Source of the DNA: Cyanophora paradoxa CCMP329 | Taxonomy: Eukaryota; Plantae; Glaucophyta | Length of the DNA stretch: 64,000 nt | NCBI GenBank assembly: GCA_004431415.1 | Contig: QPMI01000648.1 | Location: forward strand, 62,001-126,000 | Direction: 5' to 3' | In this document: one piece after another, positions 23,501-33,900 of the stretch | Position numbering within the stretch: position 1 is the first letter of the stretch | Layout of the letters: each line of letters starts with the position of its first letter | Position numbers and translations under genes: made by a program | Notes under the pieces: generated by a model | Told to the model about the DNA's origin: nothing | The model's input: the letters and a program-made list of their open reading frames with translations, nothing else | Database searches by the model: none

Positions 23501-25998
23501 CTAGTGCTTGAGCTGCAGGGCGCGGCTCTTGCGCTTGGGGAAGCGCCACGGCTCCTGCGCACGCGCGGCCCTCGGATCAGATCAGATCAGATGAGAGCCC
23601 GCCGTGGGCGGGGCGCTCGCCTCGTCCTCTGGGTCCAGGTAGATGGTCACGCTGCGCCCCAGCCTGCAGGCGCGACACCGTCAGGGGCGGGGCGGGGCGG
23701 GGCGCGGCGGGGCGGAGGCCCCCGGGCGGGGGGCCTCTAGATCTAGATGGTTCTTGTGCCGGGGCGAGGGGCGAGGGGTGAGGGGCGGGGGTTGACGGGC
23801 GCTAGGCGATCCGAGGAGTTCGGTGCCGGTGAGATGGCCTTCAGTGAGGCGGGTTCGGCGAGGTCCTTCTTATGATGCTTAAGGCCAGTGGGGGGCCCGG
23901 GCGGGCCCGGGCGGGCGAGGCGTTAAGGCCCGCGGCCTGTGTACCCGGCCCATGGCCCGGGGGCGGGCGGGGAGGAGGGCGGGGCGGGCCGCACCGGTGC
24001 AGCTCCTCGAGGTCCCGCTCGTTCAGCTTCAGCTCCACCGCCGCTGCGGCGAGGGTGGGTGTTGGGGGGGGGGGGGGGGGGGGGGGGGGGTAGAGGCGCG
24101 GGGGTCCTCGCACCCGCGTTCTCGGTGACGTGGCGCGCGTTCGCCGAGCCGAAGACGGCGCGCGGCGGCTGGGGACGGCTCAGGTGAGGCGACCGAAAGG
24201 GGGGGGGGACTTTTGCGCTCACGTGAGGCAGGGTGGAGTCGCGCTGGTGCAGGAGCCACGCCAGCGCGAGCTGGAAGGGGGGTACGGAGTCGGGCGAGCG
24301 GGAAAGGCGGGAGGGGGGTACAGCGGGGCGCGGTGGACCTGAGCGATCGAGACCCCCATGTCGCCCGCCATCTCCTGGAGCCTGCGGGGTACAGGAATTG
24401 GGACGAGAGGGGCGCGGGGCCGGGGGGTATCGCGCACTGCGGGAGGGCCTTCTGGGCTCGCTCCCAGCTCTCCCTCTGCGGCGCCGGCGCGCGTCGGCGC
24501 CGGGGTCGAAGAGGGGTACCCCCCCGCGCGGGGCGGGCTTCGTTCGCGCACGTGGCGGAAGAGCTTGTTCCACTGGCGGATGTCGGGGTCCGTCGGCTCG
24601 TACTGGAACTCAGGGTCCCGGAACTCCTGCGCCGGGATTCGAACGCGGGACGATCGCGCGTTCGATTCCGGCCGGGGGCGCACCCCGGCGAGGAGGCCCT
24701 GGGCGAGGGGGGAGAACTGGACGGTGGGTATGCCGTGCTGCCGCGCGAAGGGGAGCTGCCGCGGGCCGTCGGAAAAAGGGATGCGCGCGGATTCGAGCCG
24801 CGCACGAGGAAGGTCTCGGCGGAGCGCCAGAAGAGCGAGCGGGGTACGTAGAGGGCGTCGAGGGGGGTCCAGGATTGGGCGAGGGTCAGGTCGTTCAGGT
24901 CGTAGTTCGCCAGACCGATACCCCGGGCTAGACCCCGGTCCCTGGGGGGTACGCGCGGCTCAGAAACGCGAGAAAGGACCGGAAACATCTGTACCCCTCT
25001 CACCTGAGGGACGCTAGGGCCTCCAGGGAGTCGCAGAGGGGTACTTCCTCGCTGCCGAAGCTGCCCGCCGGCGTCTGAATCTGCGGTCGGGCGCGAGCTC
25101 GACTCCGAGGAGCGAAGAGGGAAAGAGGGGGAGGGTGGGTACATAGTAGAGGTCGACGTGGTCCGTGTCTAGGTTCGCGAGGGAGCGTTCGCACGCGCGG
25201 ACAATCTCCTTCGGCCTGCGGTGCGGTGCGGAGGTGAGAAAAGGAGAGGACGCCCCACAGGCGCGCGGGCGCGGGCGCGGGCGCGGGCGGCGGGCCTGAG
25301 GTTCTTGCAGAAGACGCTCGTGGCGAGGAAGTAGCGGTCCCTGTGGATCCCGCGCAGAGACTCGGCCAGGAGGCGCTCGCTGCGGGCGCAGAGTGAGCGG
25401 CGGGCAGGGTAGGAGTGGCGCGCGGGGCGCGCCTGTGGCCGTCGCCGTAGACCTCGCACGTGTCGAAGGCGTTCACGTTCGCTGCGGGGCGGGCGCGGCG
25501 CGTGCGGGTCAGCCGCTAGACGCATCATGGAAGCGCTGTGCGCGGCGGGCGGTCGGGGCGGCCCGCACCGTGCATGGCCGCCTTGATCGCTTGCCTGGAG
25601 TCGTCGTCCTCGACCGGGCTGCCCCAGCTGCGCTTGCCCATCTTCCAGCAGCCGAGCCAGAGCGCTGGCACATCTAATCCATTCGCGCCGAAGGCCGCGC
25701 GCCCGTCCGCGGTAGCTTCGATCGTCGGTTCCGACGACTGGCCTGTCAGAAGCTTCGACTGGTCGTCCGTGGGCTGCTCGGCGGACGCAACGGCCTCGAA
25801 ACCGACGCGCCGACGCAAGGCCGCATCGTGTGCAGGCCCATACGCATCCCGCAGCTGTCTCCGAGCCTTCGCGAAGTGCGCGGCGCCCACGGAGCCCGAG
25901 GCGTTGATCCGCGTCGCTGAACGGTTGCTCTCGCGCCCGGAATGACGAAGCGAGCGCTCTGGGGCCGCCGGGAGCGGCAGGCAGAACGCCGGCCTCAT
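23501..25998 (-). CDS. Aldo-keto reductase family protein, copy 2, with putative plastid transit peptide
   Basis: Spliced product: MRPAFCLPLP...LDVPALWLGCWKMG...NAFDTCEVYGDGHSERLLAESL...FLATSVF...ACERSLANLDTDHVDLYYIQTP...GLARGIGLANY...LPFARQHGIPTVQFSPLAQGLLAG...GVSIAQLALAWLLHQ...AVFGSANARHVTENAAAVELKLNERDLEEL. These are AKR (beta/alpha)8 motifs. Confidence 0.88.
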
Positions 25999-26064
25999 CG
26001 CCACTGTACCCCAATCCCGCGCGTCCCCCCATCAGTTCGCTTTCTGCCCGACTGTGCCGGCAAG

Positions 26065-29000
26065 ATGAACACGATCATGCCTCAGATGCAGGGCGCAGAC
26101 GTGCAGCCCGTCAAGGTGAACAACCCGCCGCCCCCTCCGCGCGCTGCGCCTGATTTCCGCCGCAGCAGCCAACGAGCTCCCCCGAGGTGCGCGAGATGGA
26201 CGCTGCGCGCGCTCTGAGCGAGCTTTGTTCCTCCCGGATCCCCTAGGCGCTCGGCGCACCGCGCGCTCGGTCGCGGCGCAGCGCGGCGCGGCGCCCCGGC
26301 GCACTTGACCTTTAGCGCCGGCGCGCGCTCGCTTCGTGTGGCGCCTTGACACGTTGGGCTCAGTTCGCTCCGCTTCAGGCCTGGCGCGCGGAGCAGGAGG
26401 ACATTTTGTCGCGCGCCGCGAAAGTTCCTCTCCCGCCGACGCCCGCTCCAGCCTCGCAGGCCCTGGGGCCGGTGCGTGCCCGTACACGAGCCAGTCTTAC
26501 CCACAGGGCGCCGGGAAACGCAGGGCGCCGCAGATGGAGCAGCTCGCGGCGACGTCCTTTGAGACCCGCGGCGAGGACGTGAACGTCGGCTCCGCGGCCG
26601 GCGCCTTCGAGAATCGCGAGGCGGGCTTCTTGGAGCCGCTGGAGATCGAGATCCCGTACGGCCGCCCCGTCAAGTTCGTCTTCAAGGGCCCGGAGTGGGC
26701 GGGCGGCGGCGGCGCGGCGCAGGCCAACTGGTCGTTCAACGCGCCGGCCGAGGCCCGCTTCAAGGCGCCGACGGAGGTTCACTTCGACGTGCGTACGGGC
26801 CGAGCGCGGGGCAGCGCCGGCGCCGATCCGGGCATAAAAGGGAACCCTTCCCCCGCAGCGCGGCGAGAAAATTTTCTGCCCTATGATCTCTAACACCCCG
26901 GTTAGCATCGCTCCGCGCGCTTCCATGCCGTTTCTGATCCGGTCCGCACAGGAGACACTCACTGAGCAGCACGTGCCGTCTTCGTTCGCTCCGTTCGAGG
27001 TTCGCCCGATGATCCGCACGCGCCCAGGCAGCTCGCCCCGGCACGTGCGCTTACGCGTCCAGGTCCCGCCGGCCCAGGAGCGGGAGCAGATCACCGAGCG
27101 CGAGTCGTTCGCGGAGAAGAAAGAGGTTCGACAGCGCGCCCCTTCGATCGAAAGTCTCTCGCCCATGCTGAGCTCTCATCGCAGACGTCGACCGTCGGCG
27201 AGTACGCGGCGACCGCCGCCGGATACGCCGCGCAGAAGGCCTCGGAGGCGAGCCCGCGGCCGCCGGATCAAATCTTTTGAATTTCCATCTGATCCGTTCC
27301 CCGGCAGGCCGGCCACTGGGCGGCTGAGAAGGCGTCGTACGCGGGCCACGTCGCGTTGGAGACCGCCGCCGAGGGCGCTGGCTACGTGCGCGCGCGCGCT
27401 CCATCCGAATTCGATCCGAATTTGACCCGAATTTGATCCGCGGGCTCAGGCGGCGGGCAAGGCGAAGGAGGCGCTCATCTCTGCGGAGGAGCTCGCCGCG
27501 CGCAAGGCATCCGAAGTCCGTTTCTTTCCCTCTTTTCCTCTCCTCCTTTCGTTCCTTTCTGACTTTTTCTTCTTCTTCGTGCGCAGGCGGCACACGCGGC
27601 GAAGGAGGCTCTGTACGCGGCGCCGGGGTACATCTCGGAGAAGGCATACCAGGCGCGCCCCGCTCCGCCTCGCCCGGCCAGCTCGCCGCCGCCTTCCTGT
27701 GCTGATCGGGCTCCCGATCGCGAGCAGGCGAAGGAGGCCCTGACGCCCGCCGCAACCCAGGCCTGCCCGCCCGCCCGCCCGCCCCGTCCCCTCCCCGCCC
27801 TTGCCTGATGTGTTCTTATCCTAATCCCCCCGCAGGCCGCTGAGAAGACCAAGGAGGTCGCCGGCCAGGTGCCCCGCTTCGAATTTGAGTTCCGAGTTCT
27901 AGTTTGCTGTACCCCGACTTATCCCCCTTGCAGGCCGCGGAGGCGACGAAGGAGGTGGCGGGGCAGGCGAGCAAATCCCGTACCCCCCGCGAGCGCCCCG
28001 GCCGACCCCACTCGCCCGCGTCCGCGCAGGCCGCTCAGAAGACGAAGGAGGCCGCGTCGGGGGCCTGGGAGACCGCCGGCCAGGCGCGCCCGTACCCCCC
28101 TCGTCTACTATCACGTACCCCGCCCGCCTGACTCCCCCTTCCCCCAAGGCCGCCCAGAAGACGAAGGAGACTGCCGCCGGGGCTGCCTCAGTCGCCTACG
28201 ACAAGACCGCCCAGGCGCGCGCGCGCGCGTACCCCGCCCTCGTCAGAATTCGTGTAAGCCTGAGCGTTCGTGTACCCCCCAGGCGGCGCAGGCGACGAAG
28301 GAGGGCGTCACGGGCGCAGCGTCCACCGCCTACAACAAGACCGCCGAGGCGCCCCGCCCGCCCCGTCCCGGCCCCGGCCCGCCCTAGGACCCTTCGAGGC
28401 CAGGACCTCTCGCCCCCTTGCCTTCGAGCCCTGTCTTTGCCTCGGCCCTGGCATGGTCTAGAACCCTTCGCAGCTAGCAGCTCGCGCAGTCCTCTTCTCG
28501 CCTTGCCTGAGCCTGGCGCGCGCAGACGGCGCAGTACGCGAAGGAGAAGGTGACGGGGACGGCGGCCAAGGCCGGCGGCGAGGCCAAGGAGGCCGCCTAC
28601 GAGGCCGCCCCCCCCGCCCCCTCCGCCCCCGCCCCCGCAGAGGTGCCAGCCGGCCGCCCCGCCGCTGCGCACCGTCGCCCGCGCCGGCCTCACTGAGCCA
28701 CGCGCTCGCGAACGCCTCAGCGGGAGTCGTTCGTGGTGGAGGAGCGCGCCCCGATCGTGCGTCAAGCCGCGCGCTCCTTCCCGGGAGCTCGAGCTAACGC
28801 TGGTCCCGGCCGCAGTTCGAGCCAGCGCCGGCGCCCTTCGCGGCCCAGGTGGGCCCTCCCCCTCGCCCTCCCCTCGAGCTCGAGCTCCTTTTCCCCCCGC
28901 TATCCTCCGACCGCACCCGCAGGTCCCCGTCGCGGTGGGCGCCCCCGGCCCCTTTCCCTCCGAAGTTGCGGCCGCCGCTGACGAGGCAAGCGTCGTGAAG

Positions 29001-29240
29001 GCGCCCGTCGAGACTTTCCAGGCCCGTGCACGCGACGCATCCTTTTTCAGAACCAACGCATCTGTAAGCTTTTCCTAAGACTCTGCTTCGCGAGCGCAGG
29101 CGGCGCCGGGGGTGCAGCAGCGGGGCCCCAAGATCTCCTACACGTCCCGCGCCCGCCAGATGGCCCGCCCCGCCCCTTTCTGCCCTGCCCGTCCCGGCTC
29201 ACGCTACCCCCGCGCCGCGCAGAAGCACGAGTTCTGAGGA
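26065..29240 (+). CDS. LEA group 3 (LEA_4)-like 11-mer repeat protein with an N-terminal non-repeat domain (3' end approximate)
   Basis: Exons encode AAEKTKEVAGQ, AAEATKEVAGQ, AAQKTKETAAGAASVAYDKTAQ and TAQYAKEKVTGTAAKAGGEAKEAAY, amphipathic 11-mers typical of LEA group 3. Confidence 0.75.
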
Positions 29241-29584
29241 TCTCGTACCCCGGCCCCCGCCCCCCGCGCGCGCCCCCGCGCGCGCGCCTGTAAATTTCGG
29301 ACGTCCACAAATTAAATCAGAAGGTGCAAGCTTGAACAGCACATAGGCCGCGATTGCGAGGCGGTCCGGTCCAGCCGCAGGGGCCGGTCCAGGATCCGGG
29401 GCATCGATATCGATATCCGGGTACAGCTAAGTTGAGCCGCCCGGGTACACCATCACCTCCCATCAGCTTGCAGGCAAGCAGAAGCACAGCTAGCTGTATA
29501 GCGCTAGGAGAGCACATTCGGATCCTTTCCTTGCACACCGACCCTCGAGCTCGCCACGTGCGCGTGGCCGGACAGGGGCCGCCG

Positions 29585-30880
29585 ATGACCGCGGGCGATG
29601 TCGAGATCCACGTCCTGGGCGCGGAGCACGAGCGCGAGGCGGCGCTCCTGTGCTCCGAGGCCCTCGTAGGTGCGCGGCCGCGCATGTGCACCTCGCGCAC
29701 GCCCTTCGGGCGCCCGGCTTTCGTATGACGCGCGCGCGCGTACGCCCTGACGTCAGGCCCCGACGCTTGGCCGCACATGGACGCGGAGCGCGCTGGTCTG
29801 CTCGAGCCTCGCACGCCCGAAGAGCTGTACAGCTCTTGGATCAAAGGCACGCATGGCGCGCGCGCGCGCGCGCGCCGCCATTCGAGCTCGAGCTCGCCTC
29901 GGCCGCGGAGTTCTGCAGCTGACGGCGCGGTACAGGACTGGCGGGGCAGGCGGTGCGGTCGCGGACGTCGGTCGTCGCGGTGGACGGCGGCCGCGTCGTC
30001 GCCGCGGCCCTCAACGAGGACTACGGCGGCCTGGGACACGTCCCCGCAGTTAGCGCTGCGGCGCCGAAGCCTGGGTGCACACCAGTAGTCCTAGGCCTGC
30101 GACCGGCCCGCGTCTGAAGTCGACGAGCTCGCAGGCATGCGCAGAAGCTGTCGGATTTCTACTGCTTCGAACTGTTGAGGGAGCTGCCGTCCCACTACGC
30201 ACAAGCGAGCCGCTTCACCGACACTCGAACGCTGCACGTACGTGCGCGCGCGCGGACCTCGCGCCAGGCTCGCAAGTTGAAGCTTAAGCGGGACGGCAGA
30301 TCGCCGCTGTCGCCGTGGCGCCCTCGCACGGCGGCCGCGGCATCGCCTCGCGCCTCGTCGCGAGGTCGGAGGAGATCGCGCGGGCCGCCGGGTCTGCCCC
30401 CGCCCGGGCCTAGGCCTCGTCCTCCCTGGGCCGCCGCGGTTCGAAGTCCGTAAATGACTCGAGTAACCGGCGCAGGTACAAGCTCGCTGTCGCGGAGGCT
30501 GCGAACCCTCGATCGCAGAGCGTCTTCCGGAAGGAGGGGTACCGGGTGCTTACAATACATCCGCGACGCGTACCCCTCCAGATCTAATCGCGAGCGCCGT
30601 CGCAGGTGGAGGCGGCGACGCGCTACGCGGACTGGACGTGCCCCCATGGCCACGCCGGCGGGGCGCGGCCCTACTCGAGTACCCCTCCCTCCCTCTCGTG
30701 CGCCCTCGTGGTCAAAGATCTAGAGCTGTAGCAGAGCCGCCGTCGACATCGGCGAGGGGGAGGGGCGGGGCGCTGGCTGGGGCCGGGGGTCCTAGAGGGG
30801 GCCCAGCTCACTCACCGCCCCCCACGCACGCCCCCGCGCACCCGCGCCGCTGCACAGCTCGAACGACGTCCATAAATTAA
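29585..30880 (+). CDS. GNAT-family N-acetyltransferase (3' end approximate)
   Basis: MTAGDVEIHVLGAEHEREAALLCSEAL; SVVAVDGGRVVAAALNED; acetyl-CoA motif A IAAVAVAPSHGGRGIASRLVARSEEIA; YKLAVAEAANPRSQSVFRK. Confidence 0.75.
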
Positions 30881-30918
30881 GGCGCACGCAAGAAAGCTTG
30901 AACAGCGCACAGGGACCG

Positions 30919-33900
30919 CTACGCCTCGCCGCCGCCTTCGCCTCCGCCGTCCTCCTCGGGGAAGAGGCCGCCCTCGCCGAGGGGCGAGTCGGGGTCGCGC
31001 ATGAGGGGGCCCAGGGAGCGCATGGAGAAGGCGAGCGGCAGCGGCTCCGGCGGCCCGTGCGGCGTCGCCACGCTCGGCAGCCTGCCGCGCGCCGGAAAGA
31101 AAAGAGCTCAGACGAGGCCGAGGCGGCGGAGCTTGGGCGGGGGGGTGGGGGGTGGGGGGGGGTGGGTGGGGGGGTGGGGGTGGGGGGGGTGGGGTGGGGG
31201 GTGGGGGGGTGGGGGGGGGGGGGGTGGCCGCCGCAGAAAGAAGAGGAATGAGATTTCGACGCTAAGAAGCCACTGGGCCAGATTCGCCAGGAGGGAAGAA
31301 GCTTAAGCCTTTAGGGGGCCGGGCGGCCGGGCGGGGGGGCGGACCGCTGGACGGAGGGGTCGCCGGCGCCGAGCTGCGCGAGGAGGCGCCGCAGGTGCGC
31401 CGAGAGCGACGTCCCCTCGTCCATCTGGCGGCGAGGGAGGGGCGTCGGGGGCGGCGAGAGGGGCAGGAGGAGGTTTGGGATGGGGCACCTTGGCGCCGCG
31501 GGCCTCGAGCTGCGAGGTGCGCTGGAAGCGCCGCACGCAGAGGAAGTCCTGCGCTCAGGTGAGCCTGCATCTGAGGGAAGGGAAGGGGCCGGGGCCGGGC
31601 CTTGGCGCTGTAGATGCGGACGGCGAGGCCGGTGCCCACGACCAGGATCCCCTCTGCCCCGGATGCCTGAGGCGAGAGCGCTCGGGCTCAGAAACAGAGC
31701 GGAGCGGAGCGGAGGGGGCCCGCGAAAGGCGGGGTCTGGGGGAGAGGGGAGGTCTATGAAACGCTAACGATGTCAGGGTCTAGGTTGCAGAGGGATCGAG
31801 GGACTAGCGCTCGCCTGTATTGCGACGGAGCGGACGACGTGGGTGTGCCCCGCGATGTGGGCGAGGGGCGCCCCCGCCGCGTCCCACACCCGCACGCTCT
31901 TCTCCCAGCTCCCCGACGCCACCCGCGACCCGCCCTGAAAGAGGCGTGAGAGGGGGGGGGGGGGGGAAGGGGGGGGAGAAGGGAGAGAGGGGGTACCGGG
32001 GAGATCGCGACGGTCATGACGCGGTCCGTGTGGCCTCTGCGGCCGGCTTTAGGGCGGCCCCGGGCGGCCCCGGGGGAGGCGGGGCGGGGCTGGTTTGCGG
32101 GGCGGGCCTGAGGGCGTGGAGGACGGCGCCCGACTCGCCGTCGAGGACCCACACGACGCCGTCGCGGTCCCCCGCAGCCAGTCGCGCCCCGTCCTGCAGC
32201 AAGCGAGAGAGGCTTGAGGGGGGAAGGAAGGCAGGGTGAGGAGGGGGGGGCGCCGGGCGCGCCTCGGACATGGCGACGGATGTGACCTGCCCGGCGCAGT
32301 TGCACGTCAGAAGAGAGAGGAAGGGCTAAGATCAGTTGGAGGCGAGCTCGGCTTGGTCAGCGGACCTGGCCGACCTTGTCCCGCACGGCGAGCACCTCCT
32401 TGCTCTTCTCCACCGACCACACCCGCACCTGGGAGGAAGAACGAAGTTACGTTCATCGCCGAGGCGCGGCCGCCCTCGGCTTGTTTGTTCGGGGCGGGGC
32501 GGGGCGCACGGTGGAGTCGTAGGAGCCGGAGGCGACGCGGGCGCCGCTCGCCGAGCACGCCACCGCCGTCACGATGTCCTTGTGCCCGTGGAACTGCGCG
32601 GTCGGGGGCGGGAGGCGGGGCGGGCTCGAGGTCGGCGGCGGGGCAGGAGAGGGCGAGAGGCGAGGCTAGAGGCGAGGCCAGAAGCGATGCTAGGCTAGGA
32701 GCGATGGTAGGCTGTGCTAGAGGCGAGGCTAGAGGTCAGGCCGGGAGGCCGACACAGCCTCCTGGCCCCCAATCCCCAACCCTGGGTCCCCTCCCCCCTC
32801 CTTCTGAGCGGACCTGGGCGTGGAGGGCGCCGCGCTCGGCGTCCCAGACGATGATGCTCCGGTCCTTGCTCCCCGACGCCACCCACCGCCCGTCCTGCGG
32901 GGGAGGGGGGGGGAGGTCAGGTGGGGGGGGGGGGGGGGGGGGGGGGAGGGGGGGGCACCGCCGAGATGGCGACGGAGGTGACCTGCGCAGGCGCGGCGGC
33001 GATAGGGCGTCATGGGGAGCTGAGAGTTTGAGGCGGATCCAACAGAGCGCGGAGGACTCATCGGAGATCTAGAGGGGGAGGGCGGGCTTCGAGGAAGATC
33101 TAGGAAGATCTCAAACTGAGATCAGATATAGAGATCTAGAGGGGGGCACGGGCGGGCCTGGGCGGCGTGGCCGCGCATCTCGCGCTGCTCCGTGCCCGTC
33201 TCCGAGCTCCACACCCGAACCTGAGAAGGGGGGTGGGAGGGGTAAGAGGGGGGAGGAGAGCGGCGGGGGGTACGGCACCCACCGAGCGGTCGGAGCTGCC
33301 CGAGGCGATGCGGGAGCCGTCCTGCCGCGCCCCCGAAACTCAAATGAACGCTGAACTATGACGCTGTGCAAAGGCTGGGGCGGGGGCGCGCACGGCGGAG
33401 ACGGCGACGGACTGGATGCGGGAGACGTGCCCGCGCAGCTGCAGCAGCTCCGCCCCGCACTCCGCGTCCCACACCCGCACCTGCCGTGCCCGGGCCCGGG
33501 CCCCAAGGCGCCTCAGACCCCTCGCTCTTGTTCGCCTCGGCGGGGCGGCGCGCACGGACTCGTCGGAGGCGGCGGAGACGATGCGGCGGCGGTCCGCCGA
33601 GACCGCCACCTGCGCGACGGAGGATTCAGAGGGGCGGATCGATCGAAAGGAAAGGGGTGCGGTGGAAGGGACGGCCGCCTCGGGCTCTAGGCGGCGGGTC
33701 AGGGCTAGAGCGGAGGGTTCTCTAGATCCCTAGCTCTGGGAGGACGGCGGGTCGGGAAAGGGCGGGAGGGAGGGCGGCGGTTCCTAGACGCCAGGCCCCC
33801 TAGCTCCCAACGAGGGGGCCGGGGGGGCGGACGGAAGGGATGGCCGCCTCGGGCTCTAGGTGGTGGATCAGGCTAGGTATAGCGGAGGGCTCTCTAGATC

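Noticed and set aside
31135-31225. G-rich (GGGGT)n tract and other long G/C homopolymers as telomeric or G-quadruplex elements
   Set aside because: They are intronic C-rich tracts on the coding strand, common throughout the window and of unreliable length in assemblies. There is no fixed repeat unit.
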